Shown here: in pieces, positions 20,705 through 29,629 of the stretch
Numbering within the stretch: the stretch's first letter is position 1
How the letters are laid out: each line of letters opens with the position of its first letter
Assembly: GCA_965215505.1 (NCBI GenBank)
Contig: OZ244065.1
Coordinates: forward strand, 5,728,001-5,792,000
Direction: 5' to 3'
From: Capsulimonadaceae bacterium
GTDB taxonomy: Bacteria; Armatimonadota; Armatimonadia; Armatimonadales; Capsulimonadaceae
Length of the DNA stretch: 64,000 bases
The notes under the pieces: model-generated
What the model was told of the DNA's origin: nothing
The model's input: the letters and a program-made list of their open reading frames with translations, nothing else
Database searches by the model: none
Translations under genes and position numbers: made by a program

Positions 20705-22082
20705 CACTCTTGGCGATTCGCCCCCGCTCGTCCCGAACGCGGACCGTCACCGGCCCATGCCCCGGCGGGACGAACAGGCTGAACGGATGGTGCGTTTGCC
20801 GCGCCGACCCGCCCCGCGCGACTTCCAAAGTCGGGTGGAGGCTGTACGTCGAAACCGCCGCGCTCAGACTCCCCCGATAGCCGACCGGCAGGCGGCCCCC
20901 CACCGCCTGATACCGATACGGCGGTGTGTCCCCGAAGCGGCTGAGGAAGTACGGGTCCGCGAGGGCGGACCGGAATGCCGCCAGCGCCCCGCTCCTCTCC
21001 GGCAGCGAGTAGTCGTTCAGCCGCCGCCCTTCTTGCGCCAGTTCCAGGTTGTTGCGCGTGAACCAGCAGAACATCTTCAAGCGCGGGTAGCGGATCTTGA
21101 TGGCGTCCAGCAGATCGAAAATCCGGGCGGCGGCATAGTCGTCGGCGTCCCGGCCTTCCACCCGCGACCGGCGCGTGACGCCGCACTCGGTCAGGCACAA
21201 CGGCTTCCGGGCGGCGTACTTCGCGTAGAACGGCGCGATGAACGAGGCCGGGCCGTCCTGCCACGCCGGCCGACCCAGGTTGTCGTCGTAGTAGCGGACC
21301 AGGTACAGGCTGATGCCGACCCAGTCCACCACGTCGTCTCCGGGATAGTAGAGGTCCAGGTTGTAGGTCGGCACCGCCCCCGGTGCCCACACCAGGGCGA
21401 CGTTCGAGGCATACCGGTTGATGACCGTGTGGACCAGCCGGAACGCCCGCCGGTAGGCCGCCGGGTCACGCCCCCACGGCGTCCAGTTGCCGTTCATCTC
21501 CCCGCCGAAGCGCAGAAAGACCGGCACCCCGCAGTCCGCCGCGTCCCGCGCCCACTGGCCCAAATAGGCGTCATCCCGAACCGCATGGATGTTGTTCGGC
21601 TCCCACGCGATCTGAATTGCCCGACCCGCCCGCGCCTGCCGCCGCGCCCACTCGCGCGGGAACGGCGCTCCGTAGGGGCTGTAGTCGTAACACAACGCCA
21701 AGGACCTCCCGATGCGCCGTGAGAACTCGTCCGCGTCGTTCCGGCCCGCATAATCGTCCAGCGCCCCCAGATAACATCCTGCCACTGGTTCCAGTTTGGC
21801 TAGGTTTTGGGCTGAAACCGGCACACTTCCCGTCACGGCAAGCGCCACATCCGTCTTGAGCCGCAGCGCCCGCCGGTGCTGCACGTCCGCCCCCTGCGGG
21901 TCCCCGGTACGCCGCCGTATAGCCGCCTCCTGTTCATAGGCCGTCGCTGCGGCTTCGTACTGCCCCGCGCGCTCTTTAGCCTCGCCCCACGCGCGGGCGT
22001 CGGCGGCTGTGCGGAAGTGGGGGATGGATTGGGCGTGCAGGGGGAGGGCGAGTAGGAAGAGGAAGACCCCCACCCGGCGCAC
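20685..22082 (-). CDS. Secreted GH26-family glycoside hydrolase
   Basis: IAWEP, LRFGGEMNGNW, YYPGDDVVDWVG, LTECG; signal peptide (M)RRVGVFLFLLALPLHA; start GTG 22082 or ATG 22208. Confidence 0.8.
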   Translation of the reverse strand: MRRVGVFLFLLALPLHAQSIPHFRTAADARAWGEAKERAGQYEAAATAYEQEAAIRRRTGDPQGADVQHRRALRLKTDVALAVTGSVPVSAQNLAKLEPVAGCYLGALDDYAGRNDADEFSRRIGRSLALCYDYSPYGAPFPREWARRQARAGRAIQIAWEPNNIHAVRDDAYLGQWARDAADCGVPVFLRFGGEMNGNWTPWGRDPAAYRRAFRLVHTVINRYASNVALVWAPGAVPTYNLDLYYPGDDVVDWVGISLYLVRYYDDNLGRPAWQDGPASFIAPFYAKYAARKPLCLTECGVTRRSRVEGRDADDYAAARIFDLLDAIKIRYPRLKMFCWFTRNNLELAQEGRRLNDYSLPERSGALAAFRSALADPYFLSRFGDTPPYRYQAVGGRLPVGYRGSLSAAVSTYSLHPTLEVARGGSARQTHHPFSLFVPPGHGPVTVRVRDERGRIAKSVTVAAP

Positions 22083-22197
22083 GAGTGCGCCACCCTCCCC
22101 CGCAAGCGGGAGAGGGTTAAAGACCAGAGAACTCCGCTCCTTCGTATCCCTCTCCCGCTTGCGGGGGAGGGTGGCGCACTCGTGCGCCGGGTGGGGG
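22067..22197. repeat. Pair of perfect 50-bp inverted repeats (22067-22116 / 22148-22197), REP/MITE-like
   Basis: CCCCCACCCGGCGCACGAGTGCGCCACCCTCCCCCGCAAGCGGGAGAGGG and its exact reverse complement. Confidence 0.9.
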
Positions 22198-22200
22198 CCA

Positions 22201-24009
22201 TCATGCATCCCGCATCTGCCCCCGCATCTCCTCGATCATCTGGTTGGGGTCCGTCACCGGCGCGAGGCAGACCGTGCCAATGCAAACGGTCGCATAGGGC
22301 AGCCCGTCCTTGTCAGCAGGCAGCCCGCGCTTTGCCGCGGCCCCGGCGTTCAGAGTCTCCACCGTCTTGCCCGGCGCGATGTGGCCCCATGCGGCCCGCT
22401 GCAAGAGCCGCGTCCGCTCGTCGTTGCGGTCGCCGATGATCGTGACGTGCAGGCCCGGCGCGCGGGCGGCGTCCACGGCGCGGGCATAAGAGGAAGCGAA
22501 GTAGCCATAGCCACCGTACTTGTCCGCGAACAGCCTCAGCGCTCGCTCGGCGGCCTGCCGGTACTTGGCATCCTCCGTGAAGCCGGACAGGCGAATGAGG
22601 GCGAGTGCGGCGTCGGCATTGTCGCCGATCTCCTTTTTGGGCCTACCCAACTCGCCGATAGCAGATGGGTCCGGCAGGAGGTCGAAAAAGCCGCTGCTTT
22701 CTTTGTCTTCCAGGCAATCGAGGATGAAGTCAGCAGCCCACACAGCGGAATAATGGTAGTAGGTGCTGGATGTGACTTCCCACAGATCAAGGGAAGCATT
22801 GATGAGCGCTGTCTGGTCGCCTAACAAGCCAAGACTGCCATCTGCTACGCCGCCTTCAGCGAAGTGGCGGACTGCTACATGGCCTCCCTGGTCAGTATAG
22901 TTTTCGGTCATTTCCTCTGTAACAACCGTTCCTACGGCCTGCGCCGCTTCCAGTATGTCGTCCTCACCAGTGACCTTGTACCGCGCCACCAACGCCGACA
23001 CCATCAAGGCGTTCCAGCCGGTGTAGACGGTGCGGTCAATGAACGGCGTCGGCATCGTCGCCCGGACGGACAGCGGCTGGCCGTAGTACGCTGCCTCCTT
23101 GTCGGCGTCCTGGCTGCCCGCGAACGCGCCCGTCTCCGGGTCGCGCATGTCGGTCATCAGCCAGTTGTGGGCCGTCTTGACTACTTCCAGGTAGTACGGA
23201 TCGTCTAACACTTGCGAGGCCAGGGCGTACACCGAGGTCAGCTTGGCGTTGTCCTCCAGCATCTTCTCGAAGTGGGGGATAGACCAGTCGCGGGTCGTGC
23301 TGTAGCGGAAGAAGCCGCCGGCAAACCGGTCGTACATGCCGCCGTCGGCCATGCCGTGCAGGGTCTTCTCGGCGACGGCGCGGAGTTCCGGGTCTTGCGT
23401 GCGCGCGTACTCTTCCAGGGTCAGGCGCAGGGCGTCGGGGTGGGGAAACTTGGGCTGGCTCCCGAAGCCGCCGTAGGCGAAGTCGAAGTTGCGCTTGATG
23501 GCGGCGATGACGGTCGCCGTGGTGTCCGGGTCAAGGTCCGAGGCCGTCAGCGCCTCCGACTCGGCCCGCTGGGCGCGCATCTGCGCTGCCTGTTCCAAAA
23601 TGCTTTCTTTACTATCCCGGTACAGGTCGGCGATATAGTCCAGCAGGGCCACCATGCGCGGCGGCGGGACGTAGGTTTCGCCGTACAGCGTGTCGCCATC
23701 GGGGGTCAGAAAGGCGGTCGTGGGCCAGCCGCCCATGTTGTAGCGGGCGTTGATGTCCGGGCGGCGGTCGTTGTCCACTTTGATGGGGATGAAGCCGTCG
23801 AGAATGCGCTTCTGGACCTCCGGGTTGCTGTACGTCCCCGTGTGGTCCGGGTCGCCAGGAATGCCGGTGTCCATGACGTGACACCAGTGGCACCAGACCG
23901 CGCCGATGTCCAGCAGGACCGGCTTGTCCTGCGCCCTCGCCTCGGCAAAAGCCTCGTCGCCCCACTCGCGCCAAGGGATGCCGCCGTGTTCGGAATGTTG
24001 ATCGCTCAT
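22201..24009 (-). CDS. YyaL/SSP411-family thioredoxin (DUF255) + alpha/alpha-toroid protein
   Basis: WCHWCHVMD, GGWPTT.FLTP, GGFGSQPKFP, GGFFRYS, PHFEKML, WNALM. Confidence 0.92.
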   Translation of the reverse strand: MSDQHSEHGGIPWREWGDEAFAEARAQDKPVLLDIGAVWCHWCHVMDTGIPGDPDHTGTYSNPEVQKRILDGFIPIKVDNDRRPDINARYNMGGWPTTAFLTPDGDTLYGETYVPPPRMVALLDYIADLYRDSKESILEQAAQMRAQRAESEALTASDLDPDTTATVIAAIKRNFDFAYGGFGSQPKFPHPDALRLTLEEYARTQDPELRAVAEKTLHGMADGGMYDRFAGGFFRYSTTRDWSIPHFEKMLEDNAKLTSVYALASQVLDDPYYLEVVKTAHNWLMTDMRDPETGAFAGSQDADKEAAYYGQPLSVRATMPTPFIDRTVYTGWNALMVSALVARYKVTGEDDILEAAQAVGTVVTEEMTENYTDQGGHVAVRHFAEGGVADGSLGLLGDQTALINASLDLWEVTSSTYYHYSAVWAADFILDCLEDKESSGFFDLLPDPSAIGELGRPKKEIGDNADAALALIRLSGFTEDAKYRQAAERALRLFADKYGGYGYFASSYARAVDAARAPGLHVTIIGDRNDERTRLLQRAAWGHIAPGKTVETLNAGAAAKRGLPADKDGLPYATVCIGTVCLAPVTDPNQMIEEMRGQMRDA

Positions 24010-24096
24010 AGGAAGAGTTTACCCACAATGGCCCTCTTGCCGCCGCCCCGGCCCCCCGAAAATTACCGTGCCTGATGCCTGAAACGAGCGACTTTT

Positions 24097-26316
24097 ATGT
24101 TATGCTATAAGCCTATGTGCAGTGCTGCCATACTCCTTGCCGGACTCCCCCTGCTCCTGCTGTCCCTGGCCGCCTCGGCACAGGTCGCCCCGTCTCCGGG
24201 GGGCGGGGCCATTGCTACGCCGCCCGGCGCGGCGTCCCCCGTCAGCGGGGCACCGCCGCACGTCGGCGACTCGAAGCCGCAGGTGGTCCCGACGCCGCCG
24301 ACCGTCATCCAGCCCTCCGTCGCCAATGACGCCGGGAACAACGTGCTGGCGTCGTCCGTCCCCAGCCCCGCGACCCCGCCCGCCTGGGCGCGGCTGACGA
24401 CGCCCGTCACGGCCTGCGCCACGCCGCCCAAGATCGATGGGAGCCTGGACGACCCCTGCTGGAAGACGGCGACTCGAGCCAGTGGCTTCTTCCGCCTGGG
24501 CGGTACGGCCCCGATCCAGCCCGGCGACCAGACCGAGGCGTGGATCTGCACGGACGCGACCCACCTGTACCTCGCCTTCCACTGCCTGGACAGCCGTCCC
24601 GAGCTGATCCACACGAACCAGATCCAGCGCGACGGCGGCATCGGCGAGGACGACTATGTTTCGGTGGACGTTGACAGCCAGAACAACCACCACGGGTACT
24701 CCACCTTCAGCGTCACGGCGCGCGGGACTCAGGCGGAGAACTTCGAGGGCGGCACCGCCGACAATATCACCTGGGCGGGCGACTGGAAGGCGGCCACACG
24801 GCGTACCAAAGACGGCTGGACGGCGGAGATGTCCATCCCGTTCGCCCTGCTGCGTTATCCGAAGGGGACCGCGGCGTTCGGCCTGAACCTGTCCCGGAAG
24901 CTGTCACGCGAGCCTTCGGTCGAGAACTGGCCCTACCTGCCCCCGGACGGCAGCAACAACGAGGCGCTCTACATCCATGAGTTCACGGGCATCCACCCGC
25001 CGTTCTTCACGCCGCGCCCCATCTTCCTGCCCTACACCCTGTTTACGGGCGGGACCGGCAACTCCGGGCGCATCGGCCTGGACATCAAATACCCGCTGTC
25101 CACGACCCTGACCGGCGTGGCGACGATCAAGCCGGACTTCCAGACCATCGAGCAGGACGTGACGGGCATCAACTTCTCCTACACCGAGAAGCTGCTGACC
25201 GACCGCCGCCCGTTCTTCGCCGAGGGGGCGGGCTATCTGCCCTACCGCGACCTGTTCTACTCGCGCCGCATCGGCGTCCTCGACGGCGGCCTGAAGGTGG
25301 CAGGCAAGCAGGGCGAGAACTCGATCGGCCTGCTCGCGACCGACACGAGCGGGGCGAACGCCGAGAACGCCGCCGTGTTCAACCTGAATCACGACCTGGG
25401 CCTGTACAGCCGGGCCACCCTCAACTTCGTCTCGGACATCGTGCCGGGGCAGCCCTCCAACCAGGTCGCGAAGCTCGAAGGCCAGTACGGCTGGCGCGTC
25501 GGCAAGGACCAGTGGAGCCTCGTCGCCAATCACACGCCGAGCTGGCAGGGCGGGCGGCAGGTGGACAGCAAGGACTATTACAGCTTCAGCACCACCGCCC
25601 TGCCGGGCCACCCGTTCTTCAGCACGGATTACCAGGACCTCGGCCCGAACTTCGTCAGCAACCTGGGCTTCGTCCCGGACGTGGACCTGAAGGGCAATTC
25701 GGTGAACGCCGAGCAGTTCAACCAGTTCGACAAGGGCGTCCTGCGGCTTTACGATGTGAGCGCCTCCGGCAGCACCTACCAGCACCACACGGGCGGCTTC
25801 TTCCAGAAGGACGTCAACGGCAACATCTACCTCGAGTCGCGCGACGGACTGAGCGTGGACTTCAACCTTGACCAGTCCCAGCGTGACGACTTCCGCGACC
25901 ACGCCAACCAGGCCCAGTTCGGCTGGGGCAAGCGCACCCTCTACCAGCGCGGCAGCATCAGCGACACCATTGGGCGGCAGGCGAGCCAGCCCTACGACTT
26001 CCTGAACTTCACGCAGGGCGTCCTCGTCTCGCGCCCCTTCTCGCTTCAGCTCAACTATAGCCGCGTGCGCCTGGGCGGCGCGCACTCGACGCAGTCCATC
26101 CTGACCGGCAACTACCTCCTGAGTGCCGAGCGCAGCCTCGGCTTCCGCATCGTCAACCAGGCCGGGGCCGATCAGGGGACGGGGCTTGGCACGGACATCT
26201 ACTTCTCCTTCGGCCAGCACGTCCGCTCCGGCTCCGACCTGTTCCTGCTCTTCGGGGACCCGAACAGCCCGACGACGCGCGGCAAGGTCACGCTCAAGAT
26301 CATCCGGCCGTTCTGA
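24097..26316 (+). CDS. CBM9-like sugar-binding domain + DUF5916-type beta-barrel protein
   Basis: Signal peptide, Pro-rich linker, PKIDGSLDD..W, GWTAEMSIPF, PDFQTIEQD, RRPFFAEG, FYSRRIG, alternating beta-strands, C-terminal Phe. Confidence 0.8.
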   Translation: MLCYKPMCSAAILLAGLPLLLLSLAASAQVAPSPGGGAIATPPGAASPVSGAPPHVGDSKPQVVPTPPTVIQPSVANDAGNNVLASSVPSPATPPAWARLTTPVTACATPPKIDGSLDDPCWKTATRASGFFRLGGTAPIQPGDQTEAWICTDATHLYLAFHCLDSRPELIHTNQIQRDGGIGEDDYVSVDVDSQNNHHGYSTFSVTARGTQAENFEGGTADNITWAGDWKAATRRTKDGWTAEMSIPFALLRYPKGTAAFGLNLSRKLSREPSVENWPYLPPDGSNNEALYIHEFTGIHPPFFTPRPIFLPYTLFTGGTGNSGRIGLDIKYPLSTTLTGVATIKPDFQTIEQDVTGINFSYTEKLLTDRRPFFAEGAGYLPYRDLFYSRRIGVLDGGLKVAGKQGENSIGLLATDTSGANAENAAVFNLNHDLGLYSRATLNFVSDIVPGQPSNQVAKLEGQYGWRVGKDQWSLVANHTPSWQGGRQVDSKDYYSFSTTALPGHPFFSTDYQDLGPNFVSNLGFVPDVDLKGNSVNAEQFNQFDKGVLRLYDVSASGSTYQHHTGGFFQKDVNGNIYLESRDGLSVDFNLDQSQRDDFRDHANQAQFGWGKRTLYQRGSISDTIGRQASQPYDFLNFTQGVLVSRPFSLQLNYSRVRLGGAHSTQSILTGNYLLSAERSLGFRIVNQAGADQGTGLGTDIYFSFGQHVRSGSDLFLLFGDPNSPTTRGKVTLKIIRPF

Positions 26317-26350
26317 GGCCGGATCGCTTCATGAGGATAAGGAAGCTGCG

Positions 26351-27727
26351 ATGCAGAAACTAAAGGCACTTACCGCGTTATTGCTCCTTCTTGGCTGTGC
26401 CCATGTCGCGGCGTCGCCCGCCCCGTCCGACACGTCCCCGATCTCCGCCACTGTCTCTGTTGACTGGAAAGAAGCCGTCGGCACGACAACGGCGGCGACA
26501 TTCAGCGCCAACGACGAGATGTGTACGAGTCCTGCTCACGGGTCGGGGGATGCCGCCTACGCCAAGAACTTGTCCACTATCGGAATCAAATTCTTCCGGC
26601 TCCATTGCGGCAGCCTCACCGACGACTGGTCCGACCCCGTGACGCACCAATGGAACGTGAAGGCCATCACGGCGGAATACGACGCGCCCTATCTGCAAGG
26701 CGCGACCATCCTCCAGAACATCCCGTCCCCGCCGATCTGGCTCAGGAATACTGACGGGACCGTGTCCGACGTGCCCGGTTACGCCGCGTACTGCGCGCAG
26801 CTCGTCCGCATCGTCAACACTCAGCTAAAAAAGCATGTCGTCTACTGGGAGCCGATGAACGAGTGGGAAGACCGGTACAAAGGCCACTGGAACCAGGCTT
26901 TAACCGTCTACAACCAGTGCGCCGTGGCGATGAAGCACGAGGACCCGACCATCAAAGTCGGCCCGGCCCTGATATGGCCGAACCAGGGCGGCGTCATCCA
27001 GCCGCTCCTGCGCCAATGCGCCGGGAAGATAGACTTCATCGCCTACCACTCCTACTACAGCAGCGGCCCGACCGACTCCAACGATGTCCTGATGGGCAAG
27101 GCCAGCGGCATGGACCGCGACGTCACCGGTACGCGGGACTCGATCCGGCAGTACATGGCGGGCCGCACCGTCCCCATCCTGCTCGACGAATACAACCTGG
27201 ACGGCAACTGGAAAGACCCCGAAACCCGTCAGTATACCAACATTGGCGCGGTCTACTTCGCGACCACGATCAAGCACGACGCCTATGCCGGCGCGTTCGC
27301 CTGCTCGATCTGGAGCGCCAAGGAGGGCACCTACGGCATCACCGACATGGACGACCATCTTCGGCTCCCCAGCTATCTGTTCCAATGGGCCAACCACAAC
27401 CTGATCGGCTCCCTCGTCAAGACCACGTCCAGCAGCCCGATGGTGGAAGCCATGGCCGTGATCCAGCACGGCACGCCCGCTATCATGGTCATCAACAAGG
27501 CCTCGGGACTCGCGACAATCAGCCTCACTTCGAACTTAGCGCGCACGGCCGTCAGATACCGTATGCTCACGGCGGACGGGATGAGCGCCGCCCTAACGAT
27601 GCCGCCCTCCGGCCTTGCCTCCTACATCATGCCGCCCTGCTCCCTCCTTTTCCTGTCCTACCCGCCGGCTATTCGAACAGCCCCAAGGCGCGCGGTAAGG
27701 CCGCGCCTGAAATCCTCCGGCCACTAA
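26351..27727 (+). CDS. Secreted clan GH-A glycoside hydrolase (GH39/GH79-like)
   Basis: Signal peptide, YWEPMNE acid/base, LLDEYNL nucleophile, INK..C-terminal beta-sandwich. Confidence 0.75.
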   Translation: MQKLKALTALLLLLGCAHVAASPAPSDTSPISATVSVDWKEAVGTTTAATFSANDEMCTSPAHGSGDAAYAKNLSTIGIKFFRLHCGSLTDDWSDPVTHQWNVKAITAEYDAPYLQGATILQNIPSPPIWLRNTDGTVSDVPGYAAYCAQLVRIVNTQLKKHVVYWEPMNEWEDRYKGHWNQALTVYNQCAVAMKHEDPTIKVGPALIWPNQGGVIQPLLRQCAGKIDFIAYHSYYSSGPTDSNDVLMGKASGMDRDVTGTRDSIRQYMAGRTVPILLDEYNLDGNWKDPETRQYTNIGAVYFATTIKHDAYAGAFACSIWSAKEGTYGITDMDDHLRLPSYLFQWANHNLIGSLVKTTSSSPMVEAMAVIQHGTPAIMVINKASGLATISLTSNLARTAVRYRMLTADGMSAALTMPPSGLASYIMPPCSLLFLSYPPAIRTAPRRAVRPRLKSSGH

Positions 27728-27742
27728 ACCGGCGCCTTGACC

Positions 27743-27771
27743 TTGACGCAACGGCCCAAAACCGGTAAGAT
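27743..27771 (+). promoter_or_regulatory. Sigma70-type promoter, probably giving a leaderless or near-leaderless ATPase mRNA
   Basis: TTGACG-N17-TAAGAT, 9 nt before ATG 27781, no Shine-Dalgarno. Confidence 0.55.
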
Positions 27772-27780
27772 GTTCGTGGC

Positions 27781-28794
27781 ATGAAAATCCAGCTTCAATC
27801 CCTGCGCGTCCTCAACTGCGGCCCCCTGCGTGACGTGTGCATCCACTTCAACACGGATGGCGACAGCCCCGTCACGGTACTGGGTGGTGCGAACGGCAGT
27901 GGTAAGACGACGGCGCTGGAGCTAATCGTCGGTTTAGCAGAAATGCTGCTTCCTCTTTCTGAACTTCCTCCCGTTCGACCGACGCTCCTGCGTGCCGAAT
28001 ATGTCCAAATGAACTGGCTCGTAGATCAAAAACCGTTCAGCCTGTTTTATGGCCGGAAGCCGGTCGGGGCTGATTTGCCCGAAGATTATTTTGGCAGGTC
28101 TGGCTTGCCTGGCGATTTTGCGGAAGAGGCAAAAGGAAACCTCGGCAGCAGAATCAGGGCACAGATACATCAACAGGAGTCGAGTTCTATAATTGATACG
28201 TTCAGCGACCCTGCTGACTACAATAGTGTTGCCACAGCAGCAGACAAGACGCTGCCTTCTATTCTGTTCTTTCCACATACCAGAATATTGCTACCAGTAC
28301 AAGGCGAACAGATATACAAAGAAGTTGTTGCCTACCAGTGGGTTTACTTCAATCAGGTTGTAGGCCAATTCCAGGGGTCGCTTGACAGCTACCTCATCTG
28401 GCTAGAGTACGTCGAGCCGAGCAGCTATGCGGCTGCTATCAGCTTCTTGAACGAACTAGACATAGATGCTAAGACCTTTGGCATAAGCCGGAGGGATTTA
28501 AAGGCAGTTGTAACGACGCGCGGTGGCAACACTCATTTTCTTGAACAGATGAGTTCGGGCGAGCAGAACCTTATTATCATGCTGCTAGAACTTCGTCGCC
28601 GGCTCATCCCCTACAGCATTGTTCTAGTCGATGAAATTGAGAACAGTCTACACCCCGCTTTTCAGCACCGCATCGTCAACAGGCTGAAACGATTGCAAGA
28701 ACTAATCCCCTTTCAACTTATCGTCACCTCGCATTCTCTCACCATTCTGGAAGCCTTCGGCCCACAGTCGGCGCGGATACTGACGCAGTTCTAA
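27781..28794 (+). CDS. ABC-type AAA ATPase (AAA_21/AAA_15-like), PARIS AriA-like
   Basis: Walker A GANGSGKTT, signature MSSGEQ, Walker B VLVDEIENSLHP, H-loop VTSHS; AT-richer than flanks. Confidence 0.85.
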   Translation: MKIQLQSLRVLNCGPLRDVCIHFNTDGDSPVTVLGGANGSGKTTALELIVGLAEMLLPLSELPPVRPTLLRAEYVQMNWLVDQKPFSLFYGRKPVGADLPEDYFGRSGLPGDFAEEAKGNLGSRIRAQIHQQESSSIIDTFSDPADYNSVATAADKTLPSILFFPHTRILLPVQGEQIYKEVVAYQWVYFNQVVGQFQGSLDSYLIWLEYVEPSSYAAAISFLNELDIDAKTFGISRRDLKAVVTTRGGNTHFLEQMSSGEQNLIIMLLELRRRLIPYSIVLVDEIENSLHPAFQHRIVNRLKRLQELIPFQLIVTSHSLTILEAFGPQSARILTQF

Positions 28795-28804
28795 GGAAAA
28801 CTTC

Positions 28805-29629
28805 ATGGATGATGTTGGAGAACTGCCGCCGGACTTGACGAGGGTTCTTTACGCTCTGGGACCACGCAAGTTGGTCCTGCTGGAAGGCGCGTCCGACGTG
28901 GCTGTGTTTCGGGAATGGTTTCGGGACCGCCGGGACGTGATCGAGTTCTTCTCGCCGGAGGTTCCGCAGGGAAGAAGCGGCGTGGAGAACCTGCTGAACC
29001 GCATCCTCGCCCGAAGCCCAAGCTCCAACCCGCGCGAGTATGGCATCGTTGACCGAGATTTTCGCGAAGACGCAGAAGTCGAGGCGGCCCTTTCCGACCC
29101 TAACACTCACCTGTTCATCCTGCGGCGCTACTGTATTGAGAACTACCTGCTGGAGCCTGCCGCCGTCGCGGAAGAAGTGCGCGTGCTCTCTGCTCCGAAT
29201 ATGGATGCACCCGACGCGCAAGTCATGGAAGCCGAACTGTTGCAGATGTGCCGGAACTTGCACACGATGATGGCTGCAAACTGGGTGTTCTCTGAGGCCG
29301 GGCGAGGAAGGCACTTCCCAGAGGGGCACCAGCTTATGGATCGTGAGGCAGTCATGGCACGGGTGGTAGAAGGCCTCGGGTGTACCACTGCGAAAGCCGA
29401 GCCTGCCGTGTCCGAGAAAGAAGTAGCTATCGAGCCGCTGTTGTCCAGTCTGGAGGGCGCGCACCAGCGCATTAACGGCAAGCACCTCTTGTTCCAAATC
29501 CACCAGACATTCATTCGCTCAGGCATCACTCGGGATCAATTCCGTAACCTGCTGGCGCGGGCCGTCAGGGAACGAGTCGGGCTGCACGAAGACATCAAGA
29601 CCATCATCGAACAGCGGGTGCTGGCTTGA
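28805..29629 (+). CDS. DUF4435/TOPRIM-fold nuclease, PARIS AriB-like
   Basis: LLEGASD, GIVDRDF, RRYCIENYLL, INGK motifs; directly downstream of the ATPase. Confidence 0.8.
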   Translation: MDDVGELPPDLTRVLYALGPRKLVLLEGASDVAVFREWFRDRRDVIEFFSPEVPQGRSGVENLLNRILARSPSSNPREYGIVDRDFREDAEVEAALSDPNTHLFILRRYCIENYLLEPAAVAEEVRVLSAPNMDAPDAQVMEAELLQMCRNLHTMMAANWVFSEAGRGRHFPEGHQLMDREAVMARVVEGLGCTTAKAEPAVSEKEVAIEPLLSSLEGAHQRINGKHLLFQIHQTFIRSGITRDQFRNLLARAVRERVGLHEDIKTIIEQRVLA

